From Pachysolen tannophilus NRRL Y-2460 (lineage: Eukaryota), in assembly GCA_001661245.1 (NCBI GenBank), contig KV454014.1, positions 289,559-353,558 of the forward strand: a stretch of DNA of 64,000 nucleotides, written 5' to 3'. The position numbers were made by a program, and so were the translations under genes. Below are positions 1-11,971 of the stretch, piece after piece (position 1 is the first letter of the stretch; the number at the start of each line of letters is the position of its first letter). Under the pieces are notes generated by a model. The model searched no databases, was not told the origin of the DNA, and was given only the letters and a program-made list of their open reading frames with translations.

Positions 1-2275
1 ATTATATTTAACCCAAATACGTGTAGCTTCTTCTTTATGTGGTTTTGATTCATTTGAAGTTTTTTCAACATTTGAAAAATCTTTATATTTATTTTTGAAA
101 AAATCAGCGCTATTGACAAATTTTTTCTCATTATTATTAACTTTAGGATTTTTATTTTCTTTATCTTGATCAGTAACATCTCTTTTCCTCTTTAATGTAT
201 TTAATTTTGATAATTGTTCTATGAAAAATGGATACATCGATAGTCTCTTTGCTGCTAATTGTTTTAAGGAAGCTTCTGAAAATGGAATCATGTTATCTAT
301 AGGAGGAGAAAGTGTCAAGTAATAAATACCATTTTCATCTTTTTTGTTTTCAATTCTGAATCCAAATTCTTTAATTGTAGCAATGGCACAATCAACTTTG
401 TTTCTTTCCAATTCTTTAATGTTGTGTCTTGTTGATTTTAAATTAGGTGTTAAAATTGATGATAAATAAGGTAGTAGTTGTGTGGACAAAATTGAAACAT
501 TTAAATTTGATTTAATGGTAATCGATTGGATATTATTTAATAAATTTTTTTGTAAATCAAGATTAGACCTTTTCGCTTCATAAAATTCATAATCAGATTT
601 TGGTTTTAATTGTTTTTCTCTATTATATGGATCACTAAAAGAGTTAAAAAATTTCATTGGAACGTGACCACAATAAGACAGCAAGGCTAAATTTTGTAAA
701 TTATAACTTGATTTATACATTATATCATGGAAATATAACCAATCACCAATTTCATCTGGTTTAGATAATAAATCATCTTGATATTCAACGTCATGGTATA
801 AACTAAAACATCCATTAACTACTTTATCGTAGTTACCACTTGTTATAACTATTTTTTGTAAATTTTCAAATTGTTGTTTTTTAATTTGTTTTGGATTTCT
901 TTGAAAAATTTCTTTAACTATAGTAAACCAATTAATTTGAAAATCTTTTTTCCTTGATTCATCATCATTGTTTGAAATTCCAAATTGTAATAAATTTAAA
1001 CAACTTCTAATATCACAATTTGATATAGAAACAATATCATTTAAATCTTTATGATCTATTTTAATTTTTTCTTCTTGACATATTTTCCTTAATCTTTCTT
1101 TAACTGTTCTTTCTAAAGGTTTTTTAAATGAAACAATTTCTGCAAATGGTCTTAATTTTTCTAAAGAATGAGCAAATAAATCATTACATATACATATGAT
1201 TGGTCTCATTAACAATTTTGAATTATCTTTTTTATTTTTAATTTTTTATTTTTTAATGAAAAAATTGCTCTTGAATCATTATAAATTAAATCTGTTAAAA
1301 CTTTAATAAACCCATTTTCAGTAGTACCATCAATTTCATCACAAACAAGACAAATAGGTTTACCACTAAAAGTTTGAGTACTTAAAGAATTAATTATTTT
1401 ATCTTTAACTCTTTGACCAGCTCTTTCATCACTTGCATTAATTTCCATAATTTCATAACCTGCTTGTTTTGCTACAATATGAACAACACTTGTCTTACCA
1501 ATTCCTGGTGGTCCATGTATCAATAAGATTTTCTTTTCAGGTCTATCAAATGGATCAACTTCATATAATTTAGGTACCATATTTCCCATGGACCCATTGG
1601 ATCCAATGGGTTTAACAGATCCCAGAGATCCAACAGGCTTCAAAGATCCAACTGATCCCAGAGGTCCTTGCAAAGTCAGTGATTTTTTAACATTTTCTGG
1701 AATCACTTTTTCATCAAATACAGCTTTTGACCAACGCCGAAGCCAACGCAAGATAAATCTATTTGTCTTTTCATTTCCAACCAAATCGAAAAAAGTCTTT
1801 GGTCTCCATTTTTCTGCCCATAAAATATCTTGTTGATTTGCCGGCGGGCTTTCCAGCGGGCTTTCCGGCAAATTCTCCGGCAGATTCACCAGTGGATTTT
1901 CCGGTGGATTCCTCAGCTTGGTCTTTTTTTTTCTTCCAATATATCCAACAACTTATTTATATCTATTCCTACCCCATCATTTGCATCCATCACATCGTTA
2001 CCATTACTCGCACCAGCCCCTAGCGACATCTTAGCCTTCAACTTGATAATTTTCCCATCACAAGTAATTATTTCCTTTGAAGTAAATTTTTTTTCATAAC
2101 AAAGGACTGATTGCGTACTTGTATTAGTACCAGTACAAGTACCAGTAGTTAAAGAAGAACCGCCCTCACACACATCCGTATTCAGACCTTCTAAACATTC
2201 AGCGCTATTAGCAGTCAACGATAGCAACGATTTCCCAAAGCTCACACCGTGTAAATCAGGTACAACCGCCGACAT
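1..2275 (-). CDS. CTF18: Chromosome transmission fidelity protein 18 (alternative RFC clamp-loader large subunit); two apparent -1 frame breaks; runs off the window start
   Basis: LWAEKWRPK, Walker A GPPGIGKT, EINASDER and CDEIDG in ORF 1209-1889. A different frame below ~1215 continues LLMRPIICICNDLFAHSLEKLRPF, and the window start reads TRIWVKYN on the minus strand. First ATG at 2275 in ORF 1913-2302. Breaks are at A-runs near 1924-1932 and 1230-1250. Confidence 0.9.
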
Positions 2276-2390
2276 AATTGAACCTTTCTGAATGTTTAAC
2301 ACCTAGTTGAATTTAAAAAGCACCTTTCTTTCTTTTCTCTTTTTCTATCACACTATAACACACCCACACAAACAAACAAACAAAACATTT

Positions 2391-2396
2391 ACGCGT
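2391..2396. promoter_or_regulatory. MCB element ACGCGT upstream of CTF18
   Basis: Exact MluI cell-cycle box about 115 bp upstream of a DNA replication/cohesion gene. Confidence 0.55.
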
Positions 2397-2943
2397 TAAG
2401 AATTTTCTTAAATGTTGCGTCTGTTTGGCAGATACACGTTGAAACTTACAATTTGCGGTTCAATTAACGTCGTTTTTTGCTTTTTTTTTTTTTTTTGCTT
2501 TGTGGCACGTGTCAAACAGGAAAAAGAGAAAAATTGACAGATCAAATAAATTTTTTTTGTTAAATACACGCACTACCATTTATTTTTATTTTTATTTTTA
2601 TTTTGATAACGAAAAGAATAAATTATTAATTACTGACACGGGACCTGTTTTTTTTGCTTTTTGCTTTTTGCTTTTTGGGTTGGCAGAATTTGTTTTAATT
2701 TTTTTTTTTTTTTTTTTTTTTTCGCGAATTTTGGAATTTTTTTTTCTGCAAAAAACCAAAAAATTTCTCTGCGATTGAATTGCAAAGAATTCATAACAAC
2801 AAAAGGTGAATTTCGATTTCGTTTTATATTTCGTATACTTTATCTACGAATGATTAAGAGACTTTATAAATAAAGAATTTAATAATAATTCAAATAATTT
2901 ATTCTTAATTGGAATATAGTTTTAAAAAAAAATTAAAGAGGCA

Positions 2944-4189
2944 ATGGCTACTGTATGTATTGAAATTTAACTAATTTTTTTTTTTTTTTTTTTTGTCTTG
3001 TCTTGTCTTGTATATTGTATATTGTATTGTATACTTGTCAAAGCAATTTTAAACATATACTAACAATTTTATAGGAAAAAGAGATACTGTGAGTAACTAA
3101 ACGTATATAATTTATAATAATTTTATATATTGGAATTGAATTTACTAACTGAAATTTTTTTTCATTTTTTTTTTGCTTTTTGATTATTATCAATTAACAG
3201 CGCTTCTTATCCTCAAATCACAGCACCAACTGCCCAGACTGGTTATACTGGTAATTTAACTCCTGAGGAAAAGGAAAAATTACTTGCTTTTAGAAAAGAA
3301 TTGGAAGATGAAGGCTATGAAAAACGTCTTGATGATGCATCATTAGTGAGTATAAATTTTTTTTTACTTTATTACTATTATTATAATTTTAATTTTAATT
3401 AGTATATTTACTAACTTAACCTTTTTTTTTGGTTTTTTTTTTTGGCAAAAGTTGCGATTCTTGCGTGCTCGTAAATTTGATGTGGCAAAGGCAAAAGCCA
3501 TGTTTGTTGCATGTGAAAAATGGAGAAAAGAGTTTGGTACAGATTCTATATTAGAAGATTTTCATTATGAAGAAAAACCAATTGTTGCCAAGTTTTATCC
3601 TCAATATTATCATAAAGTTGATAAAGATGGTAGACCAGTATATATTGAAGAATTGGGAGCGGTTAATATTACTGAAATGTATAAAATCACTTCACAAGAA
3701 AGAATGTTAAAAAATTTGGTTTGGGAATATGAATCATTTGTAAGATTTAGACTTCCTGCATGTTCACGTAAAGTTGGATCATTGATTGAAACTTCTTGCA
3801 CTATATTAGATATAAAAGGTATTTCTTTAAGCGCTCTGTCACAAGTTTTAAGTTATGTAAGAGAAGCTTCATATATTGGTCAAAATTATTATCCAGAAAG
3901 AATGGGGAAATTTTATGTTATAAATGCACCTTTTGGATTCTCAACTGCTTTTAGATTGTTTAAACCATTTTTAGATCCAGTAACAGTTTCAAAAATTTTT
4001 ATCTTGGGTTCATCCTATAAGTCGGAATTATTAAAACAAATTCCTCCTGAAAATTTACCAACAAAATTTGGTGGAACCTCTGAAGTTAGTGATGAAGAAG
4101 GTGGATTATTACTTTCAGATATAGGTCCTTGGAGAGATCCACAATACATTGGCCCTGAAGGTGAAGCCCCAAGAGCATTTGCTTTATAA
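2944..4189 (+). CDS. SEC14: Phosphatidylinositol/phosphatidylcholine transfer protein; exons 2944-2952, 3075-3088, 3201-3345, 3452-4189
   Basis: Spliced product MATEKEILASYPQ...[17 protein letters not shown]...YYPERMGK...SDIGPWRD. Introns have GTATGT/GTGAGT donors, TACTAAC branch points and TAG/CAG/AAG acceptors, all in frame. Confidence 0.96.
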
Positions 4190-4874
4190 TAGTATCTATA
4201 AATACCAAAACTTTATAATCATTGAATTGTTTTTCTTTTTTTTTTTTTTCTACTATTACTGAATTTATAGTTTTTTTTTTTTTTCCGTTTTCCGTTTTTC
4301 GTTTTTCTTTTGTAGTCTTTTGATTTTTTTTTTTAAAAAAAAAATTACCCCCTTATTTTTCTTGATTGATATTATTATTCTAATTATTATATAAAGCTTT
4401 ATATCTATTCCATTACATATATTTTTATTATATATATATATGTGAATTCGTTGTTTAGTAGTAGTAGTCAACAAACACTAACTAAAAAAAAAAAAAAAAA
4501 AAGTGCGCACGCACTTTACTTTGGTTTTTGTCCACTCTTTTACCGCTTTAATACTATTATACGCGGTACGCAAGTGTTGTTTTAAGTGGCAAATAAAATG
4601 CGGATATATAATACGCTGATATACCGCACTTGGTCTGCAAAATGCGTTGCGCCTGCTTTTTTTTGTTTTTTTTAACAGTTTAAGCAGTAACTTTGAAGCA
4701 AAAAGATACTTTAAAACAAACACTTTATATATATATATATATGTGTTATAATTCATCAAACATTTCTATGCTAACCTATGAACTAAGGAGTATATTAGAC
4801 CTATATATTTGAATCTAGTGTTATGATTCTACAAGGAATTGGGTTTTGAAGGGTTTTTTTTGGTTTATTCGAAA

Positions 4875-7800
4875 ATGCTGACAGAAGTACTAGTTTATGA
4901 TACTTTAAAAAATTATATGAATAAAGATAATGGTTTAATATCTGCAAGTGTTAATCTGAATTTACCTAGTATCAATGTTGAATGGTTTAATCCAAGTAAT
5001 AGTGGTAGCTCTGAGGTCATACTGTGGAATAAGTCATCACTTGAAATTAATCCATCTGGGGAATTGTTATCAATACCATTAAATGAATCACAACATCTGC
5101 AGCTGCTGCAACAAAAAAATTCACAATTACAATCACATTTACAATTACAATTACAAATACAACCGCTGTTTCCAATAATTAAAAATTTACAATCTTGTTC
5201 AATTTCAATAATACCTACTCAATCTCCACCAACAATAGGTATAACTCCATATGGTGAACCAAAGGATAAAAAAATTCTTATAAAATCTTTTAATTATGCA
5301 GATTTTAATAGATTAATTTCAAATTTAACTATATGGTCCAATTTAAAACCTGCTGGTTTGGATAAGAAATGGTTTTATTATAGATCAATTGTTGAAGATG
5401 ATAAATTGGATGGTAATGAGTTGTTGGTATGTAGATTTAAAGTATATGGACCAATTCCTTCAAAAGTTAAAAATATTCATTTGGTAGATGGTCCAAAAGT
5501 ACCAACAAAAACTTATTCATCTTCGTTATTATCACCTTCTTCTCATAATAATACTCAAAATGAAGAAGGTTGGTTTATGGCAATGGGACATTTAAAATCA
5601 AATGGAATTTTGGATTTATTAATGGAAAGTGATGGTTCTTTACTTTATTCAATTAATATACCTTCATTATTTGGATCTGAAATTAGACAAGTACATCATT
5701 CAATTTTCCAAAACTCAAATGTATTGTATGTTGGTTTAATAAATGAATTAAGAAATTCAAATATTATTAGACCTTTAAATATTCAAATGGGGTTGGAAAA
5801 TGAATTTATAATATCTAAAAATACAACAAATAAATCAAATTTACAAAATTTTCAAACAACAAATAGAATTTTTTTACAATTCCCATTACATATAGATTTA
5901 GAAGATTGGTTTGTTACTTTATCTTCATTTACAAAAAGAGAATTTGTTGGAAATTATTATCTTAATCAAAAATTAAGAATTTCACAAACTATTAATTTAA
6001 ATATAGTTGAAGCAAAATTTGATGATAAAAATTTCATGAAAAATTCAAGATTATATGCAGAAGTTATATTATGGAATTTACCTTGGTTTAAAACATCAAT
6101 AGTTGATTGTATCCATGGAAATCCATTTTGGAGAGAAATTTTTACAATGGATATACCAATGTCTACTCATCATTTCCATATTTTAATTAAACAACAAACT
6201 AGTAATACAGGTGATTATTCATCAAAAGATATTGTATTAGGTACTATTTATATTACACCAGATATGTTAACTCTGGCTAATAGTGTTAAAATAGATAGAT
6301 TAACTATTTATGATGCACATAATTCTGCAATTGGTAAAATTTTTATAAATTTATCCCAACATGAATATCCAATTTTACCTATTCAAGATTATAAAATTTT
6401 TGAAAAAATGATTGTTGCTGTTCCTCTTGAAGAATTAATGGATTTTATTAAACCTTATTCATCTACTGCAGATAAATTAGAATTATATGCAATAATGTTT
6501 TTGGATGTTTTCCAAACTTTAGAAAAGGAAAATGAGTTTTTTGAAGCATTAATGGATTATGAATTGTCACCGATTGATTCATTAACAAGAAATAATAGAT
6601 TAAAAGGTTCTTTAAAAGATTCAAAGACAAATAATATTTTTAATACTTTATTTAGAGCAAATTCAATGTTGACAAAAACTTTGGAAAAATTTAATTTTAG
6701 AGTTGGACAAGAATATTTAGAAAAAGTTATTGGTGAATTTGTATTATTAGTATCTGAAGAAAAACAAAATTGTGAAATTGATCCAGGATTAATAGATGAA
6801 GAAGACCCTATCTTAAAAAAAAAATTATAGATGAAAATATGGCAAAATTAACAAGATATGTTGAATTATTATGGCAGAAAATTTTTACAACTTCAAACGA
6901 TTTCCCACAACCGATAAAGACACAATTTGCAAAATTTAGAACTAAAGTAGAACATTCAGTTGAACCAAATGATACTGTAACTCCTTTGAATTGTTTAACT
7001 GCTTTTATATTTTTACGGTTTTTCTGTCCAGCTATCTTGAATCCAAAATTGTTTTACTTGACAAAAGATCATCAAACTGGTAATGTTCAAAGAACTTTGA
7101 CTTTGGCAGCAAAAATACTATTGACTCTTGCAAACAGATCTAGATTTGTAGAACACAAGGAACCATACTTGTTGGAATTAAACAAATTCGTCGAGGCAAA
7201 TGAATCACAAGTGTTGGAATATTTTGATAAAATTACAGGTAGAAAATTGGATTTTAATCCAAAGATCTTGGAATTAAGCGATGATGTGACAAGACCTTCT
7301 TTAAACATTCCTAAAAAAATTAAGGAAGAATTACCTACAAATCCTTATTTAATAGATAAGTATTTGAGAATAGTGGAATTGATTGAAATATTGGCTTCCC
7401 CTTCTTCTACTAAAGGTGAATCGAATAATTTAGAACCAGATATTTCTGAAATATATAACGCGGATGATTCTAGCTATACACAATCACCAAGACCTACAAA
7501 TATTTTGCACACCTCCGGAAATAATTCATTTAGAATTGGATCTTTGGATATTGATAGATCCGAATTGCTTTCGTTTGACGAAAGTGATCTTGGTTCAGAA
7601 GATTTTTTAAAATCTTTACTAAAATCTGATGATTTCGATGATTTAATAAAACAATCCATCCTGTTATCAGATTTGCAAAATCAGGCAAAAATATTGGTTA
7701 AGAAAACAGGTATACTATTAAATCAATTGAAAAAACCTGAAATGACAATGAAGTTAAATCATGAAAGCTGGAATTTGTTTATTAATGATATATTGAAAAA

Positions 7801-8131
7801 ATTTGTACTTGATATTACTGATAATTCTATTTATTTTACCGACGATTATGAAAAACTAGATACTAATCGTTATAAACCATTGGAGTTGAATATGAGTGGT
7901 ATTAAAATCAAACTTGTTTCTGCTCGCCATAACAACAACAACAGCAACAATAATAATAATAATAATAATAACAATAATAACAATAATAATAATGGAACAT
8001 ATGTTGCCAATGGCGGAGACAGATCATCTCCTTTAAAAGCTGCAAGACTTTTAAGATCACCATCAATCGCTACGCTTCGAGCTGGAGAAACCAGGAACCC
8101 ATTCAAAAGACTCTTCGGAAAAAAAAGTTGA
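4875..8131 (+). CDS. BUD2: RasGAP with C2 domain (Bud2-like); frame break at A10 run near 6815-6824
   Basis: C2-like NPFWRE and RasGAP motifs LFRANSMLTK and FIFLRFFCPAILNPKLF split across ORFs 4839-6830 and 6839-8131. Position next to SEC14 matches S. cerevisiae YKL091C-YKL092C. Confidence 0.88.
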
Positions 8132-8513
8132 AAAGTTGAAATTTAATGTGTAATCAAAAGTAATTCAAACACCAGGAAAAAAAGAAGAAAAAATAGAAAA
8201 AAATGAACGAAAAGACTGTAGCCATATAGATAGATGATGCTAATTTAAAGTTGTACAATTTATTTGGTTTTTTTTTTTTTTTTTTTTTTGCTTTTATCTT
8301 TTAATTTTATATCCATTTTTTTGCTTAGGAACACTTGTTTAATTACCAGACTTATTTATTATTACTATTACTATTATGAAGAATTCAATACTATGTTTCC
8401 ATTGATGTAAGCTTATCAATCAAATTTAGTAAGATATAAATATATTAAAAATGCATCAAATATCTCAAAACCCCTATTTATGTTTACTTAGTCAGTTTCC
8501 ACATTAGCTAAAC

Positions 8514-11500
8514 TTAAAGGTTAAGGTTGTCAGCAAATGATTCATTCATACTCCTAATATCGTCTTCAATTTTATTATTCTTTGAATAGCGAGATGATTC
8601 AGTATTTCCATTTAATTTGTTTAACTTGCTGCTGAAATTTGAATTCAATCTTTCTGAGTTTTTTTTATAATAGTTATTTGAAGTTATGTTTTCTTCATCA
8701 CCATTATCTCCAACTGCCGCGTTGGAAGACGCAGCAGCAGCCAATGATGGCCATTGTTTCGAACTGAAAAATGGAGGTAACCCATTATCGAATTGGTCAT
8801 TATTTCCTTGTTTTCCACCACTTAAACCTTCTGGAGCAAAAGAAGCAACAGAGGACACCTCAAAGTCATCAGCATTATGATTGTTGAAAGAGGACGAGTT
8901 ATCAAAATTTGAAAGAGCATACCTAAATTTGTTACTAGCCGCTCTATTGGATGTCATCTTTAATTGAATTGTACATAATTGAAGATTGTCCAACGGTCCT
9001 TCAACAAGACAGCCTTTTTCTCTGAAATGAACTAATAAATGATTCCATAACGAGTTTTTGGATAATGCACGAGGACTACCTAAGATTACCAATCCATATT
9101 TGGCTCTAGTTAAGGCAACATTAAGACGTCTAGGATCACTTAAAAATCCAATGAGTTGTCTATCATTTGCTCTGACACATGATAATATGATAAAATCTTT
9201 TTCACGACCCTGGAAAGCATCAACTGAAGCTACTTCAACATCCATATATAAACTTTTATCCGCCAAAGATCCACTCATTTGCATATATTGAACAACGTAT
9301 GCTCTTTGACCCTCATAAGGGGTGATAATACCAATTTGTTCGGGCTTGATGCCATCCTTAAATAATGTAGTGACAATTCTTTCACAGTTCATTGCTTCAA
9401 TCCTATTTAAAAATGAAGTACCACTTCCCGAAATTTCCTCTCTCCCATAATTGGACCAAAACATCATTGGGGTATCTCCTATAGGCCATGGGAACATTGA
9501 ATTAGAAATCATTCTTTGCTCGGCGGTAACACCATTTTGCAAGCTTCCTTCGTAAAACATATTACTTGGAAATTCAGAAAGACAAGGATTCATACGATAT
9601 TGAACTTCTAAACGAATTGGAACATGTCCCAACAAAACTAATCTTTCAAATAAAGATTGTTTCAAACCTGCATCACCGGCTTTTTTCTCTAAAATTACAG
9701 GTCCTAATTGTTGATGATCACCAACAAGAATAACTTGTTTTGCTCCTTTCACAATAGGAATCAAACACTCAGGTTCCGAAGCTTGGGTACTTTCATCAAT
9801 AAGTACCGTTCTAAAATTTGTAGAATTTAATCTTCTATCACCAGCACCTACACAAGTACAACAAACCACGTCTGCTTTGTTTAATAAATTGTTTTCAGAC
9901 TTTCTTGCTAATTTGAAATATCTTGCAGTATCTTCAGATGACAATTCACCCAATTCTTCTTTCAATTTGATTAATTTTTTCAATTCGCCTTTAGAATTTG
10001 ATTTTATTAAAGAATGCAAAGCTAAATGGCTTACCGAAGAATCAACGTCTTCTCTACTTCTAGCAGTTAAACGAACAACATTTAAACCTAAAGAATCTAA
10101 CTTGGCTGCCAAGTGATCAACTGCAACATTTGAAGGAGCACAAACCAAGATTTTTTCACTATTTAATTTTGATAAATGGTAGATGATTGTTGCTGATGTA
10201 ACAGTCTTACCTGTACCAGGAGGTCCTTGAATTAAAGAAAGTGGTCTTTGTAAGACACTTCTAACTGCATTTGTTTGTGAAACGTTTAATTCTGCAAATT
10301 TTGGTATAGAAAATCTGTTTGGTAATTTCACATCGAATTCAACAGGGGCAACATCATGACCAAGTAATTTATGGTATATATATGCCGAGACTGATTCTTT
10401 GTCTACTGCAAAAGTTTTCATTGCATTTTGCATTCTATCATAAGAGGTACCTTTCCAAACAAATTCAGCAGTGAAACCAGTAGTACAATTAGTAGGAACT
10501 TTCCCCTTACTTGGATTCAATTCTAAGGTGAACTCTTCTTGGTGAGAGTTTGGTAAACGAACGATATATCCATGACATTCCCATGGTTCTTGATACAAGC
10601 CACTATACCGCAAAACCATCTCATCACCTACTGCGATTTTCAAACCGCCGCTTTCAAAAGTTGACAATGCAAAAGATGCCAAATGCCTATTATTCAAGCC
10701 TAGACTCCATTTAACAGAAATGTGTTCTAATGCCTGACTTTCTTTCAATTGTTTGTCATGATCTGCTTCAGATTTCACAAGTGGCGCAAATGATCTTTGA
10801 TATTCGTATGCATCCGTATACCTCATCAAGATTGGTTGGATTTCTTCTTCTTCTTCACGATTATCAACATCATCGATTGTGGCATTTCTATCGGATCTCC
10901 ATTTCAGCTCCAACTTGATTATCTGTTGAGAACTGATTTGTCTTGCTTCCAACTGCTCCTCTTCTGAAGGTACAGCAGCAATCCAAGGCAAAAATTGTCT
11001 ATCTTCAATCAAAGATTCCCAATGATCTGTATCCCAACTTACATTTTTCGACTGGGCACATGGTAATCTACATAATATCACAACAACAGCTTCTGATTTG
11101 GCTGATACAAACCCCAATATAAATACATTTTTATTCCCACAATTATAACATTCTAAAGTAGTATCTCCTAAATCAGAATCAGCATGTAATGATACCACAT
11201 TATGTCTCGATAACACTAAATGACTAATTATATGAGAACCAGAAGTATTCGATTTCGAATTACAAAACCATTTATTACAAGTGTCACATTTAACAACACA
11301 CGATGGAGAATGAACTCCACAGTAAGAACATGCATATTCAGGTAAATTGTTCTTAATATGTTCATGGCCATGTTCATGGCCATCGTCATGCTCATGCTCA
11401 TGCTCATCATCATGAAGTTCCAACGCCGATCCAGCGTCTTGCTCAGCGTCTTGCTCAGCGTCTTGCTCAGCCAACAACAGCTCCACCTGGCCATCATCTA

Positions 11501-11600
11501 AATCATCATCATACGAATCACCAAACGTTACCGTATCTGATTCTTCATTACCACTAACTTGGGTTTTTCCAGAGAAAAAAATATCTTGAGAAGGACCCAT
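8514..11600 (-). CDS. NAM7: Upf1 nonsense-mediated decay SF1 RNA helicase
   Basis: CH zinc domain (CSYCG...CNKWFCN), [41 protein letters not shown]. Confidence 0.98.
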   Translation of the reverse strand: MGPSQDIFFSGKTQVSGNEESDTVTFGDSYDDDLDDGQVELLLAEQDAEQDAEQDAGSALELHDDEHEHEHDDGHEHGHEHIKNNLPEYACSYCGVHSPSCVVKCDTCNKWFCNSKSNTSGSHIISHLVLSRHNVVSLHADSDLGDTTLECYNCGNKNVFILGFVSAKSEAVVVILCRLPCAQSKNVSWDTDHWESLIEDRQFLPWIAAVPSEEEQLEARQISSQQIIKLELKWRSDRNATIDDVDNREEEEEIQPILMRYTDAYEYQRSFAPLVKSEADHDKQLKESQALEHISVKWSLGLNNRHLASFALSTFESGGLKIAVGDEMVLRYSGLYQEPWECHGYIVRLPNSHQEEFTLELNPSKGKVPTNCTTGFTAEFVWKGTSYDRMQNAMKTFAVDKESVSAYIYHKLLGHDVAPVEFDVKLPNRFSIPKFAELNVSQTNAVRSVLQRPLSLIQGPPGTGKTVTSATIIYHLSKLNSEKILVCAPSNVAVDHLAAKLDSLGLNVVRLTARSREDVDSSVSHLALHSLIKSNSKGELKKLIKLKEELGELSSEDTARYFKLARKSENNLLNKADVVCCTCVGAGDRRLNSTNFRTVLIDESTQASEPECLIPIVKGAKQVILVGDHQQLGPVILEKKAGDAGLKQSLFERLVLLGHVPIRLEVQYRMNPCLSEFPSNMFYEGSLQNGVTAEQRMISNSMFPWPIGDTPMMFWSNYGREEISGSGTSFLNRIEAMNCERIVTTLFKDGIKPEQIGIITPYEGQRAYVVQYMQMSGSLADKSLYMDVEVASVDAFQGREKDFIILSCVRANDRQLIGFLSDPRRLNVALTRAKYGLVILGSPRALSKNSLWNHLLVHFREKGCLVEGPLDNLQLCTIQLKMTSNRAASNKFRYALSNFDNSSSFNNHNADDFEVSSVASFAPEGLSGGKQGNNDQFDNGLPPFFSSKQWPSLAAAASSNAAVGDNGDEENITSNNYYKKNSERLNSNFSSKLNKLNGNTESSRYSKNNKIEDDIRSMNESFADNLNL

Positions 11601-11971
11601 CACCAAACAAAAATCTTGATTATTATTGGATTTCTCTATTAATTTTTCCTAATCTTCCACTCTTATTAATTCAATAGAATATAAACTCTACCTCCCAATA
11701 ATCACAAAGATCTCTATATTCAAATTTAATTAAATTATATATTTATATATAATATATATATATTTTATATATTATTAAGTGTTGATGGGCGATTTGATGA
11801 TAATCTCAAAGAAAAAAAAAGTATCCGGAAATCACATGATTTGGAAGCTTCTACGGGGTTTTTCAAAGTGAAAAGTTGAATTTATTACAAATATATGAGT
11901 TATATATGCTTATATGAAAGGTTAAGAGGGTTCGTTGTGTTATTGGGCTTCAGTTTGCGATTAGAGGTTTA

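Noticed and set aside
2500..2873. Short Phe/Lys-rich ORFs in intergenic DNA (also 4265-4759, 26504-26872, 30791-31018, 62708-62899)
   Set aside because: Products of poly(dA:dT) and (TA)n tracts, mostly non-ATG starts, no recognisable domains
7870..8106. Poly-Leu ORF
   Set aside because: Antisense of the BUD2 poly-Asn (AAT/AAC) repeat
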